From Gemmatimonadota bacterium (GTDB lineage Bacteria > Gemmatimonadota > Gemmatimonadetes > Gemmatimonadales > GWC2-71-9): 50,739 nucleotides of DNA. The position numbers and the translations under genes are program-made. Shown here in pieces: positions 17,630 through 27,225 of this stretch (positions are counted from its first letter, which is position 1; every line of letters begins with the position of its first letter). The notes beneath the pieces are model-generated. The model had not been told where the DNA came from. It did not search any database and saw nothing but the letters and a program-made list of their open reading frames with translations. The stretch lies in assembly GCA_039586365.1 (NCBI GenBank), contig JBDHKN010000044.1, positions 1-50,739 on the forward strand. Direction: 5' to 3'.

Positions 17630-18487
17630 TCAAGCTTCAGAGGACTGTTCATCATGTGGACCCAGTACGCGCCGTACTATGAATGCAATGATCAATGCAA
17701 TGGCGAAAGCGCACACGACAACTGGACCGGTAGGCCAATCGGTAATGTATGAAACGTAGAGCCCGAGGACGGTTGCCAGCGTACCCGATGTCCAGGCAAG
17801 ACCCACCAGCTTGCCGGTGCTCGAAGTGAATAGGAACGCGATTACCGCAGGTATCACGAGGAAACTGAACACCACCAACACTCCGGCGACGGCCACTGAA
17901 GACGTGACCACCACACCAAATAGAGCGTAGAACAGGAAATCCCATCCTGCGATGGACCACCCCCGTTGTCTGGCCTCTTCCGGCCTTAGGGAGATGGTGA
18001 AGAACCGATCTCGCAAGAACCAATGCGCCGAGCCTATCGCACCGTAGACGATGGCTGTCTTGAAGATCTGAGGCCACGTCACCCAGAGGAGACTCCCGGT
18101 CAACAGATGCTCCACGTGCTCCGCGCCGCGCGGAGCCTGCGCAGCGAGCAAGATAGTCCCGGCGGAGGCCACCACGTACACGATACCGATGATGGCCTCC
18201 TGGGGAATCCACTTGTGCCTGATGCGGGTGGCGCTGAAAAGAGCGGCCGCGATCAGGGTGGCTCCCAGCCCGACTGCGTAGCTGGCTTCAGCTTCTGGGA
18301 GTCCGGTCAGCGCGCTGGTGCGTTCGCCGAGGCCCAGACTGGCCGCTGCCCAGCCCAGGGCCGCTACTTGGGCCAGGGCGAGGTCCACGAAGATCACTCC
18401 GCGGGCTATGATGTGGACGCCTAGGTAGCCGTGGATTCCGACTAGTATTAGTGAGGCCACCAGGGCCGGTAGCATTAGTTGTAGCAT
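17630..18487 (-). CDS. Metal (Zn/Mn) ABC transporter permease (ABC-3 family)
   Basis: GVIFVDLALAQVAALG, QEAIIGIVY, GVLVVFSFLVIPA; multiple TM helices. Confidence 0.9.
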   Translation of the reverse strand: MLQLMLPALVASLILVGIHGYLGVHIIARGVIFVDLALAQVAALGWAAASLGLGERTSALTGLPEAEASYAVGLGATLIAAALFSATRIRHKWIPQEAIIGIVYVVASAGTILLAAQAPRGAEHVEHLLTGSLLWVTWPQIFKTAIVYGAIGSAHWFLRDRFFTISLRPEEARQRGWSIAGWDFLFYALFGVVVTSSVAVAGVLVVFSFLVIPAVIAFLFTSSTGKLVGLAWTSGTLATVLGLYVSYITDWPTGPVVVCAFAIALIIAFIVRRVLGPHDEQSSEA

Positions 18488-18522
18488 TTCAGAGACTCAC
18501 AGGTGACCGGGACGACAAATCA

Positions 18523-19596
18523 TCAAAATGCAGAAGCGAGTCGGGATACCCAGGTGTCGACGAGCGTTATATAGTCGTCCACACCGTCCTCCCCGGCCAC
18601 ATGCTCAGGTACCATCACGTGCTTGATGCCGGTTCGGGACGCCACCCGCTCGACTTGGCCGCGGCTGAAGTAGTTGGCTGCAAACAGCACTTCTATGTTC
18701 TCGGTCTCGATGAAGTCGATCACTTTCCGAACATGGCTAGGTGAAGGCTCGATGCCCGGTTTGGGCTCTACGTATATAGCGCATTCGATCTTGAAACGCG
18801 CGCTGAAGTAAACCCAGTTCTTGTGGTAGCACACCATACGCTGGTTCCGGAACTTGGCGCCTTCAGCCAGCCAACCGCCGAGATACTCGGTGAGGGGCCT
18901 GCCCTCGTACGTCTGCTGCTCTGCGAAAGCCCAGAACTCGTAGTTGCGGGCCAGGTTGAAGAGCGTCTCGCCACCCAGGAGTTCGACCAGCCGGTCACCG
19001 AATAACCTGACCATCACTCGCCTCTCAAATGCTGCTAGGTTTGCGTCGTATGCGCGTGCATTTCCGCCGTCCACGCGCTTCAGCCCCGTAGCAATGTTCC
19101 TGGCGATGAGAATCCCGTTGATTGGATCTGTATGAATGTGTGGATTACCAAACACGTGGACATCTCCCCCTGACCGGGAGACATTCTCGGGAACCTCGAG
19201 GAGCCTGATTCCCGAGTACGCGACCAAGTGGCCAGGTCCACCTTCATCGACCGTCGCATTGTTCGCACGATCCAGGATCGCAGGGACCCAAAGCTCGAGA
19301 TCTAGCCCGGTGACAACGAAGAGATCGGCGCGCTGGACCTTGACGGCGAAACTTGGTCGTGGGTTGACGAAGTGCGGATCCTCATCGCCGCGTGCAATGG
19401 ACTCCACCTCAGCGAGGTCACCGGCGACCTCCGCTGTGATGGCGGCATAGGTGGGAAGCGTGGTCACCACTCTCAACTTCCTCTGGCCCAGGGCTGTCGT
19501 CGCCATCAGCGACAGCGCGGTAACGGTACTGAATGAGAGCCTTATCATGCTCATGGCAAATCGTCTTGGCTTCAGTCTGTTGTTTGTTGTCGGCAT
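18523..19596 (-). CDS. Metal ABC transporter substrate-binding protein (ZnuA/TroA family)
   Basis: DPH, GLDLELW, GNPH, YH and VEPKPGIEPSPSH motifs. Start may be 19554. Confidence 0.92.
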   Translation of the reverse strand: MPTTNNRLKPRRFAMSMIRLSFSTVTALSLMATTALGQRKLRVVTTLPTYAAITAEVAGDLAEVESIARGDEDPHFVNPRPSFAVKVQRADLFVVTGLDLELWVPAILDRANNATVDEGGPGHLVAYSGIRLLEVPENVSRSGGDVHVFGNPHIHTDPINGILIARNIATGLKRVDGGNARAYDANLAAFERRVMVRLFGDRLVELLGGETLFNLARNYEFWAFAEQQTYEGRPLTEYLGGWLAEGAKFRNQRMVCYHKNWVYFSARFKIECAIYVEPKPGIEPSPSHVRKVIDFIETENIEVLFAANYFSRGQVERVASRTGIKHVMVPEHVAGEDGVDDYITLVDTWVSRLASAF

Positions 19597-19609
19597 TGCT
19601 GTCTCTCAA

Positions 19610-20923
19610 TCAGTATGACTCGTGTTTGTGCGGTCCCATGGCCCATACTAGTTGCAGGAGCGCCGTGTGATTCGCGCTCTCTCCTGCGTGTCTCAGGTAG
19701 TCGTATTGTAGGCGCAAATAGAGCCACTCGCTCTGCCACCACGTGATGCTCGGCACGATCTGGTGGATGGCTGGCTCGTCCTCCGTGCTGTGTAGATAAT
19801 CCCCCCGGGCGCCCAACGTCAGCCTACGATTAACTCGGTAGTTCAACTGCGCATAGCCCCCACTGCCTGTCGCTTGAGCACCGGCTTCGTCCTTCTTCGA
19901 GAAATACCACTCTCCCTTGAAATGAAATGCCCGGTACAGCGCGCGGTTGGGGGGCGCCCACCTGAAGGCGAAGTCCAATCCGAGGAGGCCTGACTGCAGT
20001 GATGCATCCTTGTTCTCTCCGTACACTCCCGTGGTACCGAACTGCACATATGCACTCGGGCTCAGATCCCAGAAGCTCTGGAAGCGGCCCAGGAAGCTCA
20101 TGTCTCCACCGTCCTCGAACATCGCTTCGTTACTTGCCGCTGTGGCCTCCAACGTGATTGTCTGAGTAGCAGGTCCGGTGGAAAAGCTGGGTAGCGTGAG
20201 TCCGATACCGGGCTGAATCAGCCCGTCTTCCCCCAGAAAGATCACCGTTGGGAGGGGTCGGTCCACTTCCCACAATGCGTGAGTGTGCCAACGGTTGTAG
20301 AGACCAATCTCCTGGCGGAACTTCCCCGCCTTGAGCCCGATCGATCCCGGCAGACCGACCCAGTACGCGTAGGCTTCTTCGACGTGGAAGCCGCCGTGAC
20401 CGTGTCCAGTCTCTGCCTCAACGCCTTCGTCTCCGGCCTCGGGGAAGCCTGCGATGGGGAATTCCTCCTCATAAGCTGCGAAGATCTTGGTTCGAGTATA
20501 CGGATCCAGCGCAGACTGAAATGAGAACTCGAACTCCCGCGGAGTAACGCCTAGACGGTTTCGCTCGTCGGCCGGGCCCGTGAAACTGCCGACCACGTCA
20601 CCGGTGACCGAGATCTCTGGGTTTAGCCCACTCAGGTTGCGGGTGCGGCTCACCTGCGCTGCTGTGGTGTCCACATCGGCCTGAGCTTGCTGCGCCGCGG
20701 CTTGCGCGGCCGCTCGGAGGGCTGCCAATTCGTCTGTGGCGCGAGTGGTATCCTGCCCTTGGCGGATCAGCTGCTGAAGGACCCGTTCAAGTGAGTCGAG
20801 TCGGGTCCTGAGAGCTCGGACGATCTGCTCGAGCGAGTCGGCTCTTGTCGCTTCCTGGGCCAGAGATGTTGCGGGAGCGAAGGAGACCGCAAACAACGTA
20901 AGCGCGCAGATCCTGGTACGCAT
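19610..20923 (-). CDS. Outer-membrane beta-barrel protein associated with metal uptake; N-terminal coiled coil and His-containing C-terminus
   Basis: Signal peptide, LNPEISVTGD, DPY, EEAY, G.YNRWHTH, alternating beta strands, ends GPHKHESY. Confidence 0.8.
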   Translation of the reverse strand: MRTRICALTLFAVSFAPATSLAQEATRADSLEQIVRALRTRLDSLERVLQQLIRQGQDTTRATDELAALRAAAQAAAQQAQADVDTTAAQVSRTRNLSGLNPEISVTGDVVGSFTGPADERNRLGVTPREFEFSFQSALDPYTRTKIFAAYEEEFPIAGFPEAGDEGVEAETGHGHGGFHVEEAYAYWVGLPGSIGLKAGKFRQEIGLYNRWHTHALWEVDRPLPTVIFLGEDGLIQPGIGLTLPSFSTGPATQTITLEATAASNEAMFEDGGDMSFLGRFQSFWDLSPSAYVQFGTTGVYGENKDASLQSGLLGLDFAFRWAPPNRALYRAFHFKGEWYFSKKDEAGAQATGSGGYAQLNYRVNRRLTLGARGDYLHSTEDEPAIHQIVPSITWWQSEWLYLRLQYDYLRHAGESANHTALLQLVWAMGPHKHESY

Positions 20924-21008
20924 GGTTCCCGCTTGTCCTCATCAGGGTTTGAGGTGGATGGGAGTGGGACATGATGCTCAGGAAGTCCCACTGCAGCAAC
21001 TCAGCGAC

Positions 21009-21353
21009 CTAGGATGAGGGTGGGGCCCGAGCTGATTGGACTCGTCGTGCAGCAGTGTGAGCGGTTTGACGTTGCTTGCCGGTTCGGCCAGTTGCATGTG
21101 CACTGGGGGTGCCGTCACCCACCGTATTCCCGGTTAGCCCAAGCTCCGCCGGGCTTGTGCAAAGCAGGCAGCCGTCTGTTGCGTGAGCGTTGGCGCATGC
21201 TGGTGTATGTCCGCTCTCGACGGTGGCAGCCTGAGTTGGCTCCAGCGTGCTGTCGTGAGCTACTGACACTGCTAGCACGGTCATCTGCAGCAGGAGGGCT
21301 GCTTGGGCCAGGGCGTAGCGAATTGGCCCGGGCTGCGAGATCATGCGCCACAT
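21009..21353 (-). CDS. DUF2946/CutF/CruR-like leader protein (signal-like N-terminus, H...CxxC, C-terminal RAPP)
   Basis: Hydrophobic N-terminus ending VAH, HTPAC..H...CLLC, ends ARAPPSS*; lies directly upstream of the metal-uptake operon. Confidence 0.8.
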   Translation of the reverse strand: MWRMISQPGPIRYALAQAALLLQMTVLAVSVAHDSTLEPTQAATVESGHTPACANAHATDGCLLCTSPAELGLTGNTVGDGTPSAHATGRTGKQRQTAHTAARRVQSARAPPSS

Positions 21354-21392
21354 GGAGCGCAATATAGCCCCCGTCCAGGGTTTTTGTTCCGC

Positions 21393-22649
21393 CTATCGCC
21401 TGACCGTCTCCAGTAATAACTGGCCGATTTGCGAGTTCTCCTTGATACCGCCGAACCGTTCAGCGCCGGGACCTGATGCGAAAAGCGGGAGCATGGAGGC
21501 TGTGTGTTCGTCGGTTGTGTATCGAGCTACCAGCGTGCTCGAGCTTATCTGTGACCGCGCCTCGCGCCGAAGCCGGCTTGAGAGCCGAGCCATGAATACC
21601 CGTGTGCTGTCCAGTAGGGCTAGATCGGCGAGGTTCAGAACCGGCCCCGCCTCGATGAGCTGACTCCTCGTAGTGTCCATGTGTGCTGCGGCACCTCGCA
21701 ACAAGTCAGCGACCCCCGCCAGTTGGACGGCGAGCCCCCCGGTCTCGTGGTCGCCCACCACTACGATCAGAGTCTCGGGATTCCTGGACTGGTATTCCAG
21801 GCCCACAGCGATGGCCCGGTCGAAATCGAGCACCTCGGCGGTTACTGCCTCGAGCACGGCATTGTCGTGGCCGCGCCAGTCGGGCTGCGATCCCTCAACC
21901 ATGAGGAAAAAGCCGTTGGGTGCCTTGCTCAGGATCTCTATTGCCGTGGTGGCCATCTCGGGCAGACTCGGCGCGCGCCGGGGCGCCGACGGCAGATGTT
22001 CGCGTGCAAAGAAGCCGATGAGTCGCTGAACACCGCCAGTGTCGAGGGAACGGAACTCCTGTGCCGTCTCAACATATGTGTGCTGCTCCTGGAGCCTGCT
22101 GAGCAGGTCAACTGAGTCCGGTCGCGTAGAACCGTCGAAGTACCTGCGTCCACCACCCAGAATGACATCCACCTCATGTTCTGCGATCTGTTGCGCGATC
22201 GCGTACTCCATGTCGCGGTCTGGCACGTGGGCGGCGAACGCTGCAGGTGTCGCGTGCGTGATACTGGAAGTGGCCACCAGCCCAGTCGCCATTCCCCGTT
22301 GCTGCGCGATTTCCAGAACCGTTGTCACTGTATTGCTGTCTGGATCCACACCAATCGCTCCGTTGTACGTTTTGACACCGGCTGCATAGGCAGTGGCGGC
22401 CGCAGCACTGTCGGTGATCCTGCTACTGGAACTCCTCGTGTCGACCAGGCCCACCACGGAGAATTGCTTTACCGCCAGGTCGTCTGCAGCGAATGCCGCG
22501 GCGGTCCAATAGCTGGTGCCCATACCATCACCGATGAACAGAATCACCCGTTTCGCAGCGACCTGTGCTTCAAGACGTGGGGTTGAGGGGAGGTAACCTG
22601 CTGCCGGAGCGACGCATATGAGAATCAGTACGGAAGGAAGCCGCATCAT
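21393..22649 (-). CDS. phoA: Alkaline phosphatase
   Basis: ILFIGDGMG, TDSAAAATA, THATPAAF, FFLMVEG..PDWRGH, DHETGG, HT. Confidence 0.93.
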   Translation of the reverse strand: MMRLPSVLILICVAPAAGYLPSTPRLEAQVAAKRVILFIGDGMGTSYWTAAAFAADDLAVKQFSVVGLVDTRSSSSRITDSAAAATAYAAGVKTYNGAIGVDPDSNTVTTVLEIAQQRGMATGLVATSSITHATPAAFAAHVPDRDMEYAIAQQIAEHEVDVILGGGRRYFDGSTRPDSVDLLSRLQEQHTYVETAQEFRSLDTGGVQRLIGFFAREHLPSAPRRAPSLPEMATTAIEILSKAPNGFFLMVEGSQPDWRGHDNAVLEAVTAEVLDFDRAIAVGLEYQSRNPETLIVVVGDHETGGLAVQLAGVADLLRGAAAHMDTTRSQLIEAGPVLNLADLALLDSTRVFMARLSSRLRREARSQISSSTLVARYTTDEHTASMLPLFASGPGAERFGGIKENSQIGQLLLETVRR

Positions 22650-23521
22650 TGCTGTCTCCTTGGGGAAGTCCTTCGTGCATACGCCCTCAACCGCCGCAAC
22701 ATGCGCCGGTCGTGACGTGTCGCGTCATCACCCTTAGGTGTTTCGATGATCTTGATGATATTCCGGAAGCGGGTATCCTGCATCACCATGCGAAACGGTC
22801 CTGGCCCGATTGTCCCCTCTCCAATCCACTCGTGGCGATCGCGGTGTGAGCCGAACGGGAACTTGGAGTCGTTGAGGTGGATGCAGCGGAGGTACCGCAA
22901 TCCTATCTGCTTGTCCCACTCATGCCATACACCCTCCCAATCGTTGACCAAGTCGTACCCGGCGGAGTAGAGATGGCATGTGTCCGCGCAGAACGCAATC
23001 CGCTCTTGCAGCGAAGCGGGAACGAGGTGGAGCAACTGCGCCAATTCCTCAAATGTAGCACCTAGGGCTGTCCCTGCCCCGGCTGTTGTCTCGATCAGCA
23101 ACACCGGCCCTTCGATTGTCTCTAGACACTCCTCGTAGGCTGCAGCGTTGCGTCGCAATCCAGCTGCTCGGTCATTCTTGTAGTTGCCGGGGTGTGTAAC
23201 GAGGAATTCTACGCCAAGCTGCTTGCAGCGCCTCAGTTCTGCCTTGAAGGAGGCCGTCGATGCCGCTCGCATGCGTGAGTCGGGTGAGGCGAGATTGATT
23301 AGGTAGGAATCATGTGCGACAACGGCACGCATCCTAGTTCGGCCGAGTTCAGTCGTAAACTTGGCAATCTCAGCCGGCGTGAGTGCCGGCTCACGCCACT
23401 GGTTCGGGGTCTTGGTGAATATCTGGATCGCTGTGGCGCCGATCTTCGCACCGCGGCCTGGTGCGTTGCCCACGCCGCCCGCTGTGGAGACGTGTGCGCC
23501 CAGGAGGTCCAGCTCCGTCAT
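22646..23521 (-). CDS. nfo: Endonuclease IV (AP endonuclease)
   Basis: GAHVS, QIFTK, HDSYLINL, HPG, ETTAG, DTCH, HLNDSK, DRH, ETPK. Confidence 0.96.
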   Translation of the reverse strand: MTELDLLGAHVSTAGGVGNAPGRGAKIGATAIQIFTKTPNQWREPALTPAEIAKFTTELGRTRMRAVVAHDSYLINLASPDSRMRAASTASFKAELRRCKQLGVEFLVTHPGNYKNDRAAGLRRNAAAYEECLETIEGPVLLIETTAGAGTALGATFEELAQLLHLVPASLQERIAFCADTCHLYSAGYDLVNDWEGVWHEWDKQIGLRYLRCIHLNDSKFPFGSHRDRHEWIGEGTIGPGPFRMVMQDTRFRNIIKIIETPKGDDATRHDRRMLRRLRAYARRTSPRRQQ

Positions 23522-23522
23522 C

Positions 23523-24173
23523 TCATTCCGAGAAGGCCTCTGGTGATACCAGTGGTACGAAGCGGCACGATCCGGAGGTGCGGTCGCGATATCCGTCGGC
23601 CGTGCGCTCGACGCTGTATAACACCTGGAGGGCTCGGTCCCCCAGCGGTATTACGAGATGACCACCGACGGCCAGCTGGTCCAACAGAGGCTGAGGCGAG
23701 TGAGGCGCTGCGGCCGCGACTATGATGGCGTCATAGGGAGCTGCCTCCACATGGCCGGCAGCACCATCGCCCACGATCATCGTGACGTTCCGGATGCCAA
23801 GATCCCTGAGCCGACGCTCAGCCTGGTACGAGAGTTCGGCGATGCGTTCCACACTCCAGACGTGGTGTGCAATCTTGGCGATCACGGCTGTGTGATAGCC
23901 GGTACCGGTTCCTACTTCCAGCACTTTCGATCGGCGGGTCAGCCGTGCCTGCTCGGTCATCAGGGCCACGATGTAAGGCTGTGAGATCGTCTGATCGTAA
24001 CCGATAGGCAGTGGTTGGTCGGCGTAGGCTAAATGGTGCAAATCTTGGGGTACGAACCGCTCTCGTGCGACGGAGGCCATCGCCGCCAATACCCTGCGGT
24101 TAGACAACCCGCGATCTCGGATTTGCCTGCGGACCATCGTTGTTCGCTCGAGTTGGGTGCCGCGTGGTAGCAC
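23523..24173 (-). CDS. pcm: Protein-L-isoaspartate O-methyltransferase
   Basis: QTISQPYIVALM, VLEVGTGTGY, APYDAI, RFVPL. Confidence 0.96.
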   Translation of the reverse strand: MLPRGTQLERTTMVRRQIRDRGLSNRRVLAAMASVARERFVPQDLHHLAYADQPLPIGYDQTISQPYIVALMTEQARLTRRSKVLEVGTGTGYHTAVIAKIAHHVWSVERIAELSYQAERRLRDLGIRNVTMIVGDGAAGHVEAAPYDAIIVAAAAPHSPQPLLDQLAVGGHLVIPLGDRALQVLYSVERTADGYRDRTSGSCRFVPLVSPEAFSE

Positions 24174-24180
24174 TGTCTCC

Positions 24181-24915
24181 CTAGATCTCCCTGTCGTTCC
24201 CGAAGATCCTCTCCCAGATACCGCGTTGCTTCAATCGCAGTTCTTCGAGTTCCGCTTCCGCGCTCGCGGTCCGGCGCTCGAGCTCGAGCTTCGATCGCCT
24301 GAGCCGCTCGACCAGTTCCTGCTCGTTTGCCAGAGCACGCCGTAGTTCGTCGTCCCCACGGAGTTGGGCGAACTCCTGGCGGCTGCCTGTTGCGGGGATG
24401 CTACTTGTGGCAGTGGTGTGTCCGGTCTCAGCAGTTGCGCCACGTGGGTTCACCGCTGCCAGCTGCCGATCGGCGCGCTGGACTAGCTGCTCGACAAGCT
24501 CACTCAGTACAAAGTGCTGTTGCTCGAGCGCCTGACCAAACCGGGATACCTCGCGCACCATTTGCCACAGCAGCTCCCGTCTCTCGACCTCACCTTCGAG
24601 CAGTGCCGCCACCAGTTCACGGTAATCTTGGGGGATACCGCTCGGGGGGCCGTCTACGTTTGTGCCGGTTGATTGTGGTCGGCCCTCCTCTGCGGACAGT
24701 TCCTGCTCGATCTGTTCTCGCTTGAGGCCGGCAGCGTACGATCGAGTGATGTGGCGAAGTACGGCAAGAGCTTGCGGAGGATAGAGCCGCCGGCGACCGG
24801 TTCCCACACTCGGAATATGCTGCCCGTACACATCACGGTAATATCTAACGGTCGATTCTGGGACACCGAGCTGCCGAGCCATGTCGGAGACGGAGTAGAG
24901 ACTCTGCTCGATCAT
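24181..24915 (-). CDS. MerR-type HTH protein with long C-terminal coiled coil
   Basis: YSVSDMARQLGVPESTVRYY...GRRRLY; heptad-rich C-terminus ending GIWERIFG. Confidence 0.8.
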   Translation of the reverse strand: MIEQSLYSVSDMARQLGVPESTVRYYRDVYGQHIPSVGTGRRRLYPPQALAVLRHITRSYAAGLKREQIEQELSAEEGRPQSTGTNVDGPPSGIPQDYRELVAALLEGEVERRELLWQMVREVSRFGQALEQQHFVLSELVEQLVQRADRQLAAVNPRGATAETGHTTATSSIPATGSRQEFAQLRGDDELRRALANEQELVERLRRSKLELERRTASAEAELEELRLKQRGIWERIFGNDREI

Positions 24916-24988
24916 GCTGCAAAATAGTCCATCTGCGAACGTCCGACCAACGATAGACGCTAATTCCTCTGCTACGTCTGAAGCAGGA

Positions 24989-26113
24989 TCATGCCACTGA
25001 AGTATTCATGAAACGCCTCATTGCCACTGTAAGAGCCACTCCTGCGATCATTGCCAGAGCGACGTATTGGCGCCACAACCCTACGACTCCCTCCCCCTTG
25101 AGGAAGACGGCGCGTACTATTTCGATGAAGTGCCGCATCGGGTTGAGGATGGTTAGCCACTGGAATACCCGGGGCATGCTGCTCACGGGAAAGAAGAATC
25201 CAGATAGAATGACTAGCGGCATGAACAGCAGGAACATCGACATGAAGGCCTCCTGCTGCGTCTTGGAGATCGTCGATATGATGAGGCCGAATGACAGGCC
25301 AGCCAGTATATAGGTAAGGCCCGCAAGGAGCAGCGCGAAGATGCTGCCGCGCATTGGTATACCGAACCAGAGTATGGCCACGCTTGAAATCAGCGTGATT
25401 TGTATCAATCCCACCAGCATGACAGGAACCGTCTTACCGAGAATGAGTTCCTGTGGCCTCAACGGACTGACCATCAGTTGATCCAGCGTTCCCATCTCGC
25501 GTTCACGGACCACTGCGAGGGAAGTCAATAACAAACACATTAGCATGACGAGAGCACCGACGACCGCAGGTACGTTGTATACGCGACTTTCCAACTGAGG
25601 GTTGTACCAGGCGCGTGTGCGTAACTCGACACCACCTGATGGGACTCCTCCCACAGCTGCTGCATGTCGGAGCGCGTAACGGGAGACTATTCGTCCAGCG
25701 TACCCTTGTGCCACGACTCCAGTGTTGGAGTTTGTCCCGTCGACTATCACCTGGACTGAAGCTCGTCCCCGTGCAAGTTCCCGACTGAAATCGGTGGGAA
25801 TTTCGATCCCGACGATCGCCTTGCCGCGGTCCAAGACGTTCACCAGGTCTGAGGGGCGGTCAGATATACCTGCAATTCGGAAGTAGCCGGTCGATGCGAA
25901 GGCCTCGATCAGTGCCCGGGATGCATAGCTCCGGTCCAGATCGACTACGTAGGTTGCCGTGTTCTTGATGTCTGTGTTCACGGCATATCCAAAAGCTATC
26001 AGCTGAATGACCGGCGCCACGAAAATCACGACTCGCATCCGTGGATCACGCAGCATCTGGCGCAATTCCTTCTTGAGCAGTTCGCGGATGCGCTGGCCCG
26101 GCAGATGAGTCAT
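24989..26113 (-). CDS. ABC-2 transporter permease (YbhR-like)
   Basis: KELRQMLRDPR, DGTNSN, WYNPQL, REREMGTLDQL; ATGA overlap with the upstream gene. Confidence 0.92.
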   Translation of the reverse strand: MTHLPGQRIRELLKKELRQMLRDPRMRVVIFVAPVIQLIAFGYAVNTDIKNTATYVVDLDRSYASRALIEAFASTGYFRIAGISDRPSDLVNVLDRGKAIVGIEIPTDFSRELARGRASVQVIVDGTNSNTGVVAQGYAGRIVSRYALRHAAAVGGVPSGGVELRTRAWYNPQLESRVYNVPAVVGALVMLMCLLLTSLAVVREREMGTLDQLMVSPLRPQELILGKTVPVMLVGLIQITLISSVAILWFGIPMRGSIFALLLAGLTYILAGLSFGLIISTISKTQQEAFMSMFLLFMPLVILSGFFFPVSSMPRVFQWLTILNPMRHFIEIVRAVFLKGEGVVGLWRQYVALAMIAGVALTVAMRRFMNTSVA

Positions 26114-27225
26114 GCAATCTCCTTCTTGAAGATGTTGGTGGCCAAGAGGAGACCGACTGACGCGAAGACGATCATCGCGAGGGCCTCTGCCCACAGGGTC
26201 TCGGTGCCGACACCCTTGAGGAAGATCCCTCTAGTAACGGTGACGAAGTAGCGTGCAGGTATCACATGTGTGATCGCGCGAAGCACGAGAGGCATTGTGG
26301 CGATCTCGAAGATGAACCCCGACAGTATGAGAGCAGGCAGGAAGGTGACGAGAATGGAGACTTGGGTGGCCAGTACCTGTGTCTTCAGTGCAGCCGAGAT
26401 GAAGATCCCGAGGCCCAGGGCGCCTAGCAGGAACAGAAACGTCATGGCGAATAGGAGACCGATGCTCCCGCGGAATGGCACGCCGAGGATGATGACACCA
26501 GCCAATCCTGCCAGTGCCACGTCCACCAACCCAATTCCGATGTAGGGAAGTAACTTGCCCAAAGTCACTTCGATTCGGTGCACCGGTGTTGCTGCAAGCT
26601 GTTCCATCGTGCCCCGTTCCCATTCACGGGCGATCGTGAGTGCAGTCAGCATGGCGGAGATGATCGACATTATTACCGCAATGAGCCCTGGCACCACCAT
26701 GTTTCTGCTTTCGAGAGTCTCGTTGTACCACACTCGCGATTGTGTTGTGACTGCTGCTATGATGGGCCTGTCCCCGCTCAACACAGCGGCGGAGTAGCGC
26801 GCGACGATGGCCTCTGCATAATTCTTGGCGATGGTGGCCGTATTTGCGTCGCTGCCATCTAGCAATAGCTGTAGGTGCGCCCGACGTCCTGCCGCAACGT
26901 CGCGTCTGAAATCAGGTGGGATGACTAGTGCAGCGCGAGCGATGCCGCGGCCGAGTACGCGGTCGACTTGTGAGTAGTGTGACAGATAACGCACGATAGT
27001 GAAGTAACCGGATCGCTCGAATGACTCGATCAGCCCTCTGCTCTGCGGCGAGTTGCTTTGATCAAGCACGGCCGTGCTGATGTTCTTCACGTCGTATGCG
27101 ATTGCGTAGCCAAAGAAGAGCAGCAAGACCATCGGCAGTGCGAAGGCCAGCAGAAGACTACGGGGGTCCCGCTTCAGCTGGATGACTTCCTTGCGGGAGA
27201 TCGCCAGAAGGCGTGCCAAGTTCAT
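26110..27225 (-). CDS. ABC-2 transporter permease (YbhS-like)
   Basis: KEVIQLKRDPR, DGSDANTA, AREWERGTMEQL. Confidence 0.92.
   Translation of the reverse strand: MNLARLLAISRKEVIQLKRDPRSLLLAFALPMVLLLFFGYAIAYDVKNISTAVLDQSNSPQSRGLIESFERSGYFTIVRYLSHYSQVDRVLGRGIARAALVIPPDFRRDVAAGRRAHLQLLLDGSDANTATIAKNYAEAIVARYSAAVLSGDRPIIAAVTTQSRVWYNETLESRNMVVPGLIAVIMSIISAMLTALTIAREWERGTMEQLAATPVHRIEVTLGKLLPYIGIGLVDVALAGLAGVIILGVPFRGSIGLLFAMTFLFLLGALGLGIFISAALKTQVLATQVSILVTFLPALILSGFIFEIATMPLVLRAITHVIPARYFVTVTRGIFLKGVGTETLWAEALAMIVFASVGLLLATNIFKKEIA

Noticed and set aside
21530..21720. Helical insertion in PhoA as a novel domain
   Set aside because: It falls in the length-variable region between DHETGG and the final His; not enough evidence without an alignment.
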